A stretch of 64,000 nucleotides of DNA, taken from the NCBI GenBank assembly GCA_963798485.1, contig CAWCTR010000004.1:192001-256000 (forward strand), in the 5' to 3' direction. The notes under the pieces are model-generated. The model saw only the letters and a list, made by a program, of their open reading frames with translations. It was not told where the DNA came from and did no database searches. Positions 29,362 to 40,267 of the stretch are shown here, one piece after another. The position numbers and the translations under genes were made by a program. How positions within the stretch are numbered: position 1 is the stretch's first letter; each line of letters starts with the position of its first letter. Source of the DNA: an uncultured delta proteobacterium (GTDB lineage Bacteria > Desulfobacterota > Desulfomonilia > UBA1062).

Positions 29362-30699
29362 TCACAGCGTATTGGCGATCTCGAATTTGTCCTGGACATT
29401 GTCTCTGATCCAGTGGGGGTCCCACCACTCCTTGGGATCAACAAAGACTCCCCCGACGAGTATACTGAAGTGAAGATGGTCGCCCCCGGCAAACCCCGTT
29501 ACTCCAGTATTACCTATGATCTGACCTTTCGTAACCTGTTGCCCTTCTTTCACGGCAATCGAGCTCATGTGGCCGTACTGGCTGGATATCCCCTGGCCGT
29601 GGTCGATGATCACACAATTGCCATAGATCCCCATGTTGTCAGCATACAGGACAATCCCGCTGTTAGCCGCCTCTATGGGGGCCTGGGCGGTGGATGCGAG
29701 ATCAATTCCGAGATGCACGCTGGTCCCCATGGATTTTCCCTGGTATTGATAGGTCCGCTGGTCGCCGAAGAGTGCCTTGGGTGCCCCGTTTTTCAATCTA
29801 AGAAAAGTCCCCTGCCAGAGCTGTTTGCTGCTGGTCTTCGCACAGACTGTTTGTATCTTTTTATCGTTATCTGTACGAAGCTGGGTATTTACGTAGGTAA
29901 AGACCTCTTCAGCGGATTTACCGACCAATTTTGAAACCTGTTCCTGAAATTCTACTGCCTTTTGCTGTACAAAAGAATCACTCACCTTAACCGTGTCCCT
30001 GCGGAAAGGTCTTACGCTGCGGATATAGAAGGGGATACCGACAATAGCATGATTCCCTGCCTTGTCCTCAACAGTTACTGCCATGGGCGTGCTGGTACTC
30101 ACCTCCATTGGTATTGCAAAAAAGCATACATAGTATGGCTTGGACTTCCCTTGTACGAGGTAGCCGGGGAAGAATGTATTACCACACTTTACCCCGCTTA
30201 CCTGGACTGTCTTGGTTACCCGGTATACAGTCAGGCATGTCCCTCCGGGATTTATATTATGTGCCCTCGTCAATAGAGCTATGCGTGGAGGGATGGAGTC
30301 GATGGTGACCTTGGCCTGCAATAAAGACGAATTTCTCAAAGGGGAGAAGTCCGTGACCTTTATCTTGAAGAGAGCCTCGCCATCTTTGATCTTGAGGTCT
30401 TTGGGTATGATTTTTACTACGACCAACTTCTCAAGGGTCCCCTTCGCGGGAATCTGCTCGGAGGCTAATACGAATTCATGTTTGTTCTGTTCAATGGTCA
30501 CAGTATAATTCCTGATGCCGATCCGGCCATCCCTCAGGGTTATGGTTACATCCTTTTCCTTTCCAATGGTGTCAAAGGGTTTATCCTGGCTGATCGTCGG
30601 TTTCTCCCATTCAAGGTAATGGTACACTGCTCCAATGATCGACACAACAAGCACAAACAAGAGTACAAGCTGGATAGTTGTCCTTTTTGAACCTTTCAT
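29362..30699 (-). CDS. M23 family peptidase
   Basis: N-terminal TM helix, HLGID, YGNCVIIDHG, YGHMS, GDHLHF. Confidence 0.92.
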   Translation of the reverse strand: MKGSKRTTIQLVLLFVLVVSIIGAVYHYLEWEKPTISQDKPFDTIGKEKDVTITLRDGRIGIRNYTVTIEQNKHEFVLASEQIPAKGTLEKLVVVKIIPKDLKIKDGEALFKIKVTDFSPLRNSSLLQAKVTIDSIPPRIALLTRAHNINPGGTCLTVYRVTKTVQVSGVKCGNTFFPGYLVQGKSKPYYVCFFAIPMEVSTSTPMAVTVEDKAGNHAIVGIPFYIRSVRPFRRDTVKVSDSFVQQKAVEFQEQVSKLVGKSAEEVFTYVNTQLRTDNDKKIQTVCAKTSSKQLWQGTFLRLKNGAPKALFGDQRTYQYQGKSMGTSVHLGIDLASTAQAPIEAANSGIVLYADNMGIYGNCVIIDHGQGISSQYGHMSSIAVKEGQQVTKGQIIGNTGVTGFAGGDHLHFSILVGGVFVDPKEWWDPHWIRDNVQDKFEIANTL

Positions 30700-30967
30700 G
30701 AATTCCTTCCTCTGTTGGAACTTCCCCGGAACATGCGTACTAAAAGCGGAAAGAATATTCAAGGGGATTAACAATTAATACCCATGCACATTAGATCAAG
30801 GTTGATGAGCTTGAGTCGAATAGCTACTTACCCATGATTGTAGAGGCAAGAAGGATACTTGAGAATCAACAATGATCGAATGCTGTATCGGATCATACAT
30901 CCCAAGAAGTATGAATCTTTAGAAGGCCTCGAATAACAAGAACATCTGAGGCAATCAGTTATTTCCG

Positions 30968-31190
30968 TTATTGTTCACGCTGTTCGTCGGGATGGGTGGA
31001 CAACAAACGCCACAAAAGAATCAGAGACGACAAGATTTCTATCAGGGTGTCAACACCAAATCCGACGAGTGCAATACTCCCGGCAACAATTCCAGCTCCA
31101 AGAGCAACGCCCGCCTCGATAAGATTCCAGCCAATCGTTAAATATTCGAGCTTTCGCGCGTGACGGGTGTCATCCAGTAGATTCTTTCAT
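30968..31190 (-). pseudogene. Truncated, frameshifted cation-efflux-type transporter N-terminus
   Basis: Manual translation RKLEYLTIGWNLIEAGVALGAGIVAGSIALVGFGVDTLIEILSSLILLWR then early stop. Confidence 0.7.
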
Positions 31191-31497
31191 AGACTTTTCC
31201 TTAAGCGTTTTTTTAAAAAAGCGGATAAGCCAAATCCGAGATTGCTTATTGTAAGCCTATTTCAAGCGGGTCGTCCTAAATCTTTACTCCGGTGATGCCT
31301 CTTTTATAGGCATGCTTGGCAGGTATCCGTCAATGAGAGGATTGAACTCTGCTATTGGGCTGATTTTACGATTCCTGGGGATGGAGAATAATAGTGATAA
31401 TGGATTTCATAATATCTTCTTTTGTGTTTTTAATACCCCAAATAAGCAATTGATAAAGCTTTAGCGTGAGAAATCATACCCAATGCTCATAGTACAC

Positions 31498-33501
31498 TTA
31501 CAGCAGGATTCTTAAGATATGCGCCAGACCACCGGCAATAACGAGAGCCACAGTCGTGTTCAACGCTATTGAATACAGGGCGACCTTCCATCCACCTTCT
31601 TTCCAGAGTGTGGAGATAGTTGCTATGCACGGGATATACAGAACTGTAAATACCACAAGCACGAGGATCTGAACGTGTGTAAGGACAGATCCGACATCCG
31701 ATGTTCCAAGAGCCTGGTTGAGCATCACAAGCGTGAGCTCTTTCCTGAAGATGCCAAGAAACAGGGTAATGCCTGTCTGGCTGGGAAGCTTCAGGATGCC
31801 TGAAGTCAGGGGCGCGAGCATGCTGTTCACTATCCTGTCGATCCCAACATGGTTAAGGAATGCAAGAGCTAAGCTCGAAATAACGATCACCGGCCATGCG
31901 AACATGAGGAACTCCCGCAGCCTCCACCACACCTTATTTGCGACAAGGTGCAGATATGGCTTTCTGAGGGGAGGCACATCCATTATGATGCCCGGAGCCA
32001 TGTCAGCCTGAAACCGGGACAATGCAAAAGAGACGAGGAGTGCGACTATTATATTGCCGAAATAAATAGCGGTTGTGTAGACGGTGCCTAGGTATTTCCC
32101 TGCCAGTGCCAGGATTACGACTGTTCTTGCCGAGCAGGCGATGAATGGAATGATGAGCATGGTGAGGACCCTGTCGCGCTCGGTTTCGAGGCCCCGGACG
32201 GCCATAATCGCTGGCACGTTGCATCCGTAGCCGAGGATTATTGGTATTACTGATTTCCCGTGCAGGCCGAACCGGTGAAGGATGCCGTCCACCATGAAGG
32301 CTATTCTGGGCAGGAGCCCTGAATCCTCCAGAATGGCGAGTAGGATGAGCAGAGGGATAAGGTAAGGCAGCACGATCCCGATACCCGCGACCATTCCATC
32401 ATAGAGCCCCGAAATTGCTACCCCGGTGATCCCGCCGGCCAGACCATTCACTATCCGCCCAAGTGCGGAAAGTGGTTTGTCTATCAGACTCGAAATGATG
32501 TCTCCCATAAAGAACGAGGCATAGAACATGAAAAACAGCAGGCCTATGATGGTGATAAAACCACCGATCGGGTTGATGATGAAATAATCAATCTTTTCCC
32601 TGAGCATCATCTTTTTTCTGTGACTTACCTTTGCGACCTGTTCGAAAAGATCGAACACGATCGCATGGCGGTGCGAAGAAAAAACACCGGACTCCGGCCA
32701 ATTGTGAATTTCGGCCAGAAGCCGTCTTTTCTCCATGACAAACTGCAGGAAAGATGCATCTATATTTCCTGTCATACGTTCGAATTCTTCATCCATCTCC
32801 AGAAGCCTGATGATAACGAACCGTTCATCCATGGACAGGGCTTTTCTCAGAGCATCTGGATACCGGCTTGTAATATCGGCGATGCATTCCTCCACGTCCC
32901 TGTCATAAATAGGCTTTACCGGGGTGAAACGCCCCTTGGCGACCCTGATTGCGGCCTCAAAGAGCTCACGCACTCCGCTCCCCTCCACTGCAATAACCGG
33001 GTAGGCTTCCGCTCCGGTCAGGCTGATGAGTTTTGGCAGATCGATTTCGTGGCCTTTTTTCTGCGCTTCATCAAACATGTTAAGGCCCAACACCATGGGA
33101 ATATTCATCTCGAGAATCTGTATAGTAAGCTCAAGTGAGCGGGAGAGAAGGGATGCATCAAGTACGTTTATGATGACATCCACATTGCCCGAAAGGAGGT
33201 AATCACGGGCAACCTTCTCTGCAATATCGTGTGATGATATTGAGTAGGTGCCGGGGAGATCGATAAGCCTTATGGTTCTTCCTTCAAACAACACTTTGGT
33301 CTCAGTAAAAGATACCGTGGTGCCGGCAAAATTCCCGGTATTGACCTTGAATCCTGCAACTGCATTGAAGAGTGTTGACTTGCCGCAGTTGGGCTGGCCC
33401 GCCAGAGCAATGACGAGTTCATCATCGGATTTTTTTATCGTGGATATTTCCTGACGTAACACCATTTCTGCACCTTGGCCAGGCAACTCACAGCCTATCA
33501 T
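31498..33501 (-). CDS. feoB: Ferrous iron transporter FeoB
   Basis: GQPNCGKST, DLPGTYS, GYGCNVP, CSAR, LYIPCIAT. Confidence 0.95.
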   Translation of the reverse strand: MIGCELPGQGAEMVLRQEISTIKKSDDELVIALAGQPNCGKSTLFNAVAGFKVNTGNFAGTTVSFTETKVLFEGRTIRLIDLPGTYSISSHDIAEKVARDYLLSGNVDVIINVLDASLLSRSLELTIQILEMNIPMVLGLNMFDEAQKKGHEIDLPKLISLTGAEAYPVIAVEGSGVRELFEAAIRVAKGRFTPVKPIYDRDVEECIADITSRYPDALRKALSMDERFVIIRLLEMDEEFERMTGNIDASFLQFVMEKRRLLAEIHNWPESGVFSSHRHAIVFDLFEQVAKVSHRKKMMLREKIDYFIINPIGGFITIIGLLFFMFYASFFMGDIISSLIDKPLSALGRIVNGLAGGITGVAISGLYDGMVAGIGIVLPYLIPLLILLAILEDSGLLPRIAFMVDGILHRFGLHGKSVIPIILGYGCNVPAIMAVRGLETERDRVLTMLIIPFIACSARTVVILALAGKYLGTVYTTAIYFGNIIVALLVSFALSRFQADMAPGIIMDVPPLRKPYLHLVANKVWWRLREFLMFAWPVIVISSLALAFLNHVGIDRIVNSMLAPLTSGILKLPSQTGITLFLGIFRKELTLVMLNQALGTSDVGSVLTHVQILVLVVFTVLYIPCIATISTLWKEGGWKVALYSIALNTTVALVIAGGLAHILRILL

Positions 33502-33776
33502 AGGGTTTCACTACGGTTTACCTCAACATGTGACGCCATCTCCCGGCTGATCATCATCCTGGCTCCGGATGATACATCTTCAACGAGCAACGGGCCGTTA
33601 AAAGGCGCAGCCTTGATCATTCGGATTTGTGTTCCTTCATGAATGCCGAACCCAGACATGCGAGCATTGGTATTCTTATCGCCATTGAGCTTGTCTATAA
33701 CTGCGGTGTCGCCTTGTTTCAGGTCTAATAATTTCAATGGAACCTTCTCTCGATGATTGTTATCGCTAATGTTCAT
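33498..33776 (-). CDS. feoA: FeoA
   Basis: RMSGFGIHEG...APFNGP, directly upstream of feoB. Confidence 0.85.
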   Translation of the reverse strand: MNISDNNHREKVPLKLLDLKQGDTAVIDKLNGDKNTNARMSGFGIHEGTQIRMIKAAPFNGPLLVEDVSSGARMMISREMASHVEVNRSETL

Positions 33777-33799
33777 ATAATGATTTTATCAGCAAAGTA

Positions 33800-34306
33800 T
33801 CATGCTTCGCCGCCATTCCTCTTATTCCTGCATTCTGCACAGAGACCGATGAGCTCCAGATGGTGGCTCTCCAGGGTGAACCCATATTCTTTTGCTACTG
33901 CTTCCTGAAGTATTTCAATGGCAGGATAGGTGAATTCAACTTTCCTGCTGCAGCTTGAACAGATGAGATGATCGTGGTGCTCATGGTCCCAGATATGTTC
34001 ATACCACGCACCTCCTGTCTGGGCTTCTTCCTGAATGCATGACCTGCGGATGATTCCAGCTTGAACTAGCAGGGCCAAGTTGCGATATACAGTGGTCAGG
34101 GACAAATTATATCCCTGGGCCTTGAGGAGATCCAGCAGATGATAAGGGTTAAAATGCCCTTCAATATCGCATATTGTTCTCAATAAATAGAGTCTTTCTT
34201 TTGTAAGCCTACCCCCACTTGATTTCACTATTGAATTGAATTTAATTACACAATAACCATTCGGCGCACAATTCGCGCAAGTGGGTTTTAAGTATTCTTG
34301 TTGCAT
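33800..34306 (-). CDS. Fur family transcriptional regulator
   Basis: RLTKER, SLTTVYRNL, HHDHLICSSC, HHLELIGLCAEC. Confidence 0.9.
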   Translation of the reverse strand: MQQEYLKPTCANCAPNGYCVIKFNSIVKSSGGRLTKERLYLLRTICDIEGHFNPYHLLDLLKAQGYNLSLTTVYRNLALLVQAGIIRRSCIQEEAQTGGAWYEHIWDHEHHDHLICSSCSRKVEFTYPAIEILQEAVAKEYGFTLESHHLELIGLCAECRNKRNGGEA

Positions 34307-34493
34307 ATTGTTACCAATAGCAACCTAGTTACAATCTGTCAAGCCTTATATGGGGTGTAAGCCCAAACCGCCGAAAAGTTTCATAGGAAAGTATCGTCAT
34401 TATAGAGCCTAGCTCAACATGTGATTGAGGCGATATCGGAAAAAGTCAGTCATTGTAAGGCCGATCATAAAAAAATCCACAATCAATCTTCTT

Positions 34494-35818
34494 CACTACT
34501 GTCCCAACGTTAATCGAATAAAGTCAACTGGTTGCCATGCATTAACTTTAAAGTCTGGCCATATGAATCTGTAAGTGCTTGTATAATGGGCGTCTTCTCG
34601 AAAAGAGTAACACTCAGAATCTGTAGAATTGTGTAAAGGCTGCTGTCGATTTTCAGGGTTTTCTTGACGATTGCCACAAGAACATAAACCGAGATGGCGA
34701 TCCAGATCTGAGTCTTCACGGAATTCTCTGTGGTGCCGTAGAAAGCCTTGATCCTGAGGTACTGTTTGATCCACTTGAAAAACAGCTCGATCTGCCATCG
34801 ACATCGGTACAGCTCGGCAATGGTCAGTGCCGGCAGGGTGAAGTTGTTGTTCAAAAATACCAGTCGTCTGTTGTTGTCCTTGTCGAAGAACCGAATCCGG
34901 CGAAGCTTTTCCGAATAGTCCTTTCGGGCATAGAAATTCTTCGTGGTGACGACCTGGTCGCACTGCATCCCAGCGGACTTGTCGACGGGTAGAGAATAGA
35001 GACGCTTGAACCGGAAGTTGTCTTTGGCCCTGATGACGAAGAAGGCACCTGCCTGATGAATCATATGAAGTCTGGTAAAGTCGATATAGCCCCGATCCAT
35101 GATGTAGATGGCCCCTGCCTCGATGGTGAGCTGATCGAGGATGTTCACCTCGTGAACCTTGCCGTGGGTGACAATCACCACCGTTGGTATGCTTCCCCGG
35201 AGATCCAGAAGGGTATGGAGCTTTATTGCCCCTTTGTGTTTCCTGAACTCCGCCCAGGGAAAGAGTGACAGGCAGAGGTCGATGATGGTGGCATCCAGTG
35301 CATACACCGTCTGATCCAGTTCCACGCCGAAGGACTCGCCGGTGTAGAGTCTCCTTGCCTTGGCTATGAGAATCTGGGCGAAATCGGCATAGATCCTCCA
35401 GCCCCTTCCCTGATTGGCGTTGGCCAGGGTGTTCCTTGAGACTTTGCCCCGTATGCCCAGGTGATACAGCTTGGCCTGTGCTGCTCTCAGACACGCCTGG
35501 ATATCCCGCAGGCTTTCCCGGTAGGTTAACTGGGCAAAGGCCATACATAGGTATTGATCCCAGCAGGAGAAGCTCTTGATCTTGTAGTTGCCGTTGTAAC
35601 GTTTTACGCATTGGCGAAAATCGTGGATAGGCACAAAGTCCATCAACAGGGAGAACATGGTACGACCAGAGTTCATCTGCCATCTCCTTCTGCTGGAATG
35701 CAGAAGTATGGCCTTCTTCTGAAATTATTTTCAAATCGATTACAACCATATCTCCCCGATAACCTTCTTCATGCCTTGGTCTACAGCCTTTGATCTGTTA
35801 AACGTTGGGACAGCAGTG
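34494..35818 (-). mobile_element. IS4 family insertion sequence, intact
   Basis: IRs CACTACTGTCCCAACGTT / AACGTTGGGACAGCAGTG; 9-bp target duplication AATCTTCTT at 34485-34493 and 35819-35827. Confidence 0.93.
34510..35676 (-). CDS. IS4 family transposase
   Basis: ALDATII, MDRGY, YRCRWQIELFFKWIKQ (Y-R-E-K motif). Confidence 0.93.
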   Translation of the reverse strand: MNSGRTMFSLLMDFVPIHDFRQCVKRYNGNYKIKSFSCWDQYLCMAFAQLTYRESLRDIQACLRAAQAKLYHLGIRGKVSRNTLANANQGRGWRIYADFAQILIAKARRLYTGESFGVELDQTVYALDATIIDLCLSLFPWAEFRKHKGAIKLHTLLDLRGSIPTVVIVTHGKVHEVNILDQLTIEAGAIYIMDRGYIDFTRLHMIHQAGAFFVIRAKDNFRFKRLYSLPVDKSAGMQCDQVVTTKNFYARKDYSEKLRRIRFFDKDNNRRLVFLNNNFTLPALTIAELYRCRWQIELFFKWIKQYLRIKAFYGTTENSVKTQIWIAISVYVLVAIVKKTLKIDSSLYTILQILSVTLFEKTPIIQALTDSYGQTLKLMHGNQLTLFD

Positions 35819-35931
35819 AATCTTCTTAATAAAATTTCATGATTATCTTTCATCCTTAGATTGTAAGCTCCTCAATTTCAACGGCGTTGCCTTGTTGAAA
35901 AACACCCTGAATTGAGCAATGTCTTAATATA

Positions 35932-37218
35932 GGGTACCTCTAATAATTCTCCCAGCCCAGCGCAGATATAAAGTGCTTAACTTATTGAATATGTTATATA
36001 ATTGATAGATTGAATGGAGCTAAGGAGGGGGATGATGAAGCAACTGGGATTATTCGACTGGGAAAATCGTTATACCAGGATCGATAAAGGTGGAGACCCT
36101 CTGATGAAGCTGAATAAGGTCATTGACTGGGAGGCCTTCCGTCCGTTGCTCATGAAAGTGAGGGAGAAAGAGCGCAAGAACAATGCAGGAGCGAGGCCAT
36201 ACGATGTGGTGTTGATGTTCAAGAGTCTGGTGATCCAATCGCTGTATAACCTTTCTGATGATGAGTTGGAGTATCAGATATTGGATCGTCTGACGTTCAT
36301 GCGGTTTTTAGGCCTTGGTCCTGGGGAAAGGGTCCCGGATGCTAAGACGGTCTGGTTGTTCAGGGAGCAGCTGAAGGAGGCCGGGCTTGTGGAGGAGCTG
36401 TTCAGGAACTTTGATCGGTATCTGCAGGAGAGCGGGTTTGTAGCACGAAAGGGGCAGATTGTGGATGCCAGCATTGTGTCCGTACCAAAACAGAGGAACA
36501 CCCGTGAAGAGAATGGACTGATAAAGGAAGGTGGTAAGCCCGAAGACTGGAATGAACCCAAGAGTCGCCAGAAGGACACAGATGCCCGGTGGCTCAAAAA
36601 GAACGGCAAGAATTATTATGGGTACAAGAACCATGTCAGCGTTGACGTGAAGAACAAGCTTATCCGAGGTTATACTGTTACTGATGCCAGGGTGCATGAC
36701 TCTCAGGTGTTTGGGGATCTCCTGCAAGATGGAAACAAGAGCAGGGATGTGTATGCAGATTCTGCGTATCGATCTGAGGAAATCCTGGAGATGCTGCACA
36801 AGCAAGGATATCGTGAGCATATACAGCGTAAGGGGTATCGGAACCGGAAGCTTACGGAATGGGAGAAGAAAGGGAATCACACACGCTCAAAGATACGATC
36901 CCGCATCGAGCATGTATTCGGAGTGCAGGCCATGATGGCAGGATATCTGCTATTGAGGACGATTGGGATTGCTCGAGCGTGGGTCAAAATAGGGCTGAGG
37001 AACCTTGCCTACAACATGTTTCGTTTCCAGACACTCGTGACTGCCAGGTGAGATATGCCTGAATGGATTAAATCATGTTCCTGGGAGGTAATAAACCATG
37101 GGTGAGGCCGTCAAAACCCGATAATTGCACACCCCAACAGGCAGATTCCATGAGTAATGCTTAGGTGAATCAACTCCAACATGATGCTTCCAGAAAAAGT
37201 GAATTATTCGAGGTGGCC
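35932..37218 (+). mobile_element. IS5 family insertion sequence, intact
   Basis: IRs GGGTACCTCTAATAATTC / GAATTATTCGAGGTGGCC; TATA target duplication. Confidence 0.9.
36032..37051 (+). CDS. IS5 family transposase
   Basis: YNLSD, VPDAKT, VDASIV, YGYKNH, ADSAY, RIEHVFG. Confidence 0.93.
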   Translation: MMKQLGLFDWENRYTRIDKGGDPLMKLNKVIDWEAFRPLLMKVREKERKNNAGARPYDVVLMFKSLVIQSLYNLSDDELEYQILDRLTFMRFLGLGPGERVPDAKTVWLFREQLKEAGLVEELFRNFDRYLQESGFVARKGQIVDASIVSVPKQRNTREENGLIKEGGKPEDWNEPKSRQKDTDARWLKKNGKNYYGYKNHVSVDVKNKLIRGYTVTDARVHDSQVFGDLLQDGNKSRDVYADSAYRSEEILEMLHKQGYREHIQRKGYRNRKLTEWEKKGNHTRSKIRSRIEHVFGVQAMMAGYLLLRTIGIARAWVKIGLRNLAYNMFRFQTLVTAR

Positions 37219-37431
37219 TATATCATATTTCATCTACTTTATGGGCTTTTTAAGGATTAATGACCTGTTGATCTCTGCGCTGTAGTGACAGTTTCTAGAA
37301 GTCCGAAAACCGTTGATCTCGGGTTAAAACATACGCAGAGAAGGGCTTCACATCTGACCGTGAGAGGTGGCACGTTATCAACAGTTTCTATTTTTATTAA
37401 CTATTAAATCAAGCAGTTCGGCTTAGCCCCC

Positions 37432-38967
37432 CTACATCACCATTTGTATAAGATTTGGTCCTTGGTCCCTTAGAGCCTTTCCGAGCTCTTTTGAAAGCTC
37501 CTCTGCAGAAGTTACTTTTACTGACGGCACGCCCATTCCCTTACCCAGATTCACCCAGTCAATACCTGTAAGGTCTGTGAGGTGAGATGCACACTTGTCT
37601 GGTAAAACTCCGAGTCTGCCATACTCAAGCTTCAGTATATCATAACTCCGATTTGAGCAGATAAGCGTGGTGATATTCAGCCCCTCTTTTGCCTCTGTCC
37701 AGAGTGCCTGTAGAGTATACATACCTGCTCCGTCTGCCTGGAAATTGATCACAGGTCTGTCAGGACAGGCGATAGCAGCTCCCACTGCACAAGGTGCGCC
37801 CTGACCAATCGCTCCTCCTGTGAGCGTAAGCAGGCTGAAAGGCGGAACGCTTGAAGTGATGGGATAGTACATAAGGCCAGTTGTGATTGCCTCCTCAACC
37901 ACAATTGATCCCTCAGGCTGAAGAGCAGCTATGATTGAGCAAATCTTGTCACCTGTGAGGGCTCCTGTGGGAGTTTCAGGTCTTCTTGACGAGGTAAGTA
38001 TGCCCGCTTCGAGACTTTTAGATGCATTAAGCTCATCTGCAATAATATCCAAAACCTCCATTAGGTCCTGACCATGCGTGGGAATGTGAACCTTCGTCTG
38101 CTCTTCTCTTAAAAAGGTTGCCGGAATGCCTTCATACCCGAAAAAGGCCACTGGCTCATTTGCTCCTACAAAAACAAACCCCTCATACTTTGACAGCATG
38201 TCCAGCGCTATCTCAGGAAGGTAAGGTATGCGGCTCACGTCAGGCAAACCGGCACCACGTTCGATATGTGCGGGGAAATTCTCGATAATGAGATCACAGC
38301 CACATGCCTGTTTTATCCTTGCAGCAACCATCAGCTCTTTTTTACCGATATAGTTGTTGCCTAGAACAAGGGCAGCCTTTTTGTTGCCTCTCAAAAAGGA
38401 TACTGCTAATTCAACAGCGTCTTTGCTTACGGATTCTTTCTCCTGCTTAAATGGTATGAAACTACTGTCATCGCAATCCCTCATCTGTAGATCAAATGGG
38501 ACGATGAGAGTTGCGACCTGCCCTAATTTAGCTGCTTCAACTGCATTTACCATATCCCACCCAAGAAGATCTGGAGAGCTACAAGTGCGTTGCCATCCGG
38601 AGACCGTACGGGACAAAGACTCAATATCCATAGTAAGGGGCGGGTCGAACTGACGGTGCCATGTGGAATGCTCTCCCACCACAGTTACAACCCTGCTGTG
38701 AGCCCTCTTGGCATTATGGAGATTTGCTATTCCGTTTGCCAATCCAGGCCCCAGATGGAGAAGCACCATGGCGGGCTTCTGGAGCATCCTTGCATAACCA
38801 TCCGCAGCTCCGGTACATACTCCTTCAAACAGTCCCAGAACCGGCCGTACACCCCCAACTGTATCCAGGGCAACCACAAGCGGAAGCTCGGTCGTGCCCG
38901 GATTGGCAAAACATACTTCTATCCCAAAGTCCTTTGCAGCCTTTATAATACAACTTGCTCCATTCAT
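37432..38967 (-). CDS. ThDP-dependent acetolactate synthase-like enzyme
   Basis: CFANPGTTE, GAADGYAR, LHLGPGLANG, QADGAGMYT...N. Confidence 0.88.
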   Translation of the reverse strand: MNGASCIIKAAKDFGIEVCFANPGTTELPLVVALDTVGGVRPVLGLFEGVCTGAADGYARMLQKPAMVLLHLGPGLANGIANLHNAKRAHSRVVTVVGEHSTWHRQFDPPLTMDIESLSRTVSGWQRTCSSPDLLGWDMVNAVEAAKLGQVATLIVPFDLQMRDCDDSSFIPFKQEKESVSKDAVELAVSFLRGNKKAALVLGNNYIGKKELMVAARIKQACGCDLIIENFPAHIERGAGLPDVSRIPYLPEIALDMLSKYEGFVFVGANEPVAFFGYEGIPATFLREEQTKVHIPTHGQDLMEVLDIIADELNASKSLEAGILTSSRRPETPTGALTGDKICSIIAALQPEGSIVVEEAITTGLMYYPITSSVPPFSLLTLTGGAIGQGAPCAVGAAIACPDRPVINFQADGAGMYTLQALWTEAKEGLNITTLICSNRSYDILKLEYGRLGVLPDKCASHLTDLTGIDWVNLGKGMGVPSVKVTSAEELSKELGKALRDQGPNLIQMVM

Positions 38968-39012
38968 GATTATCTCCTTTGTTCTGTAGATGGATTAAAG
39001 ATAATATTTATT

Positions 39013-40014
39013 TTAAATAGTATTTACCAATGACGACGGAACATTACCTTTGAGTACCCAAGCAATGTTTGTCGTGGCCATATTAATGATTCTCGCTGCT
39101 GCCTCATCGGTCACACCAGCAATATGGGGTGAAAGAAGCACTTTGTCGTTGTCCAAGCTCAGAAGTAGATTCCCAATCCTTACAGGCTCTTCTGAAAAGA
39201 CATCAATGCCTGCTCCGGCGATCTTTCCACTTATAAGTGCTTCTGCTAGGGCTCTTTCGTCAACCAGCTCCGCCCGGGCAACATTGATAAGATAAGCGCC
39301 ATTTTTCATGGCCTTGAAAGCTGTATCATCTATCATGTTCCTGGTAGCCTCAGTTAACGGAGCATGAAGACTTATGATGTCGGATTGACTCAATACAGTT
39401 TTCAGATCACAGTATTCAACGCCTAACTCCTGTTCCAATGCTAGATCATATCGATGTGAGTCAAAATATAAAATCCTGCTCAGCTCGAAAGGCTTTAATC
39501 TACTGACTACAGCCTGGCCGATTCTTCCGAAACCAATAAGGCCCCATACCTTAGCTTTAAGCTCAGCAGGTTTAATGCTCATCTGCTCCCACTTACCCTG
39601 CTTGGTGGTTTTATCTGCATGGAGCATATTCTTGAGAAGGCAAAGCCCCCAGGCAATAGTATGCTCGGCTACACTGACGGTATTGGCGCCTGCGGTGTTC
39701 GCTACATTGATTCCTTTGGCTGTGCAAGCCGCCACATCAATATGCTGATACCCCACACTCGGCTGCTGGATGAGCCTTAGCTTCTGTGCACTCATCACCA
39801 GATCAGAAGTTATCTTATGCTTAAATGTGTAATCACCAAGCACCACATCCGCTTCCATAAAGTATTTCTTGACCTCTTCATCAGACATCTCATAACCTGC
39901 AATAACTTCAAAATCGGGCACTCCTGGTGTCTGCTGGATAAGGAGCTTAACTATCTCAGCCTGTAAAGGGGCTAATGAAAGTACTATATATTTCATTTTA
40001 TTCCTCCAACTCAT
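39013..40014 (-). CDS. D-2-hydroxyacid dehydrogenase
   Basis: VAEH, GFGRIG, LHAPLT, INVAR, DVFSEEP, SPHIAG. Confidence 0.9.
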   Translation of the reverse strand: MSWRNKMKYIVLSLAPLQAEIVKLLIQQTPGVPDFEVIAGYEMSDEEVKKYFMEADVVLGDYTFKHKITSDLVMSAQKLRLIQQPSVGYQHIDVAACTAKGINVANTAGANTVSVAEHTIAWGLCLLKNMLHADKTTKQGKWEQMSIKPAELKAKVWGLIGFGRIGQAVVSRLKPFELSRILYFDSHRYDLALEQELGVEYCDLKTVLSQSDIISLHAPLTEATRNMIDDTAFKAMKNGAYLINVARAELVDERALAEALISGKIAGAGIDVFSEEPVRIGNLLLSLDNDKVLLSPHIAGVTDEAAARIINMATTNIAWVLKGNVPSSLVNTI

Positions 40015-40101
40015 AATTATTTAGTCAGAAAGTGATGCTTAGATTACTCCGCAGTTTGCTGTGAGATAGGCGAAACACAAAAAACTGCACAAATATAAAA
40101 T

Positions 40102-40171
40102 GATATTTGATCATGATCAAATATCTATACCCAAAAATCATTCCTGTCAACATTAATTTGATCATGATCAA
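40102..40171. promoter_or_regulatory. Two palindromic operators, probably bound by the adjacent TetR
   Basis: Perfect 24-bp GATATTTGATCATGATCAAATATC (40102-40125) and TTGATCATGATCAA (40158-40171) in the divergent intergenic region. Confidence 0.8.
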
Positions 40172-40267
40172 TATTTATTGATGTGTGACTGCATTTGTGT
40201 TATGGATTGGAATCAAAATTAATTAAGAGACAAAATTGAATTTATCTTGATAAATAAGAAGGCCTAA

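Noticed and set aside
31200-31400. Metal riboswitch (NiCo or yybP-ykoY) upstream of the cation-efflux remnant
   Set aside because: Could not match the conserved cores by eye; an Infernal search would be needed
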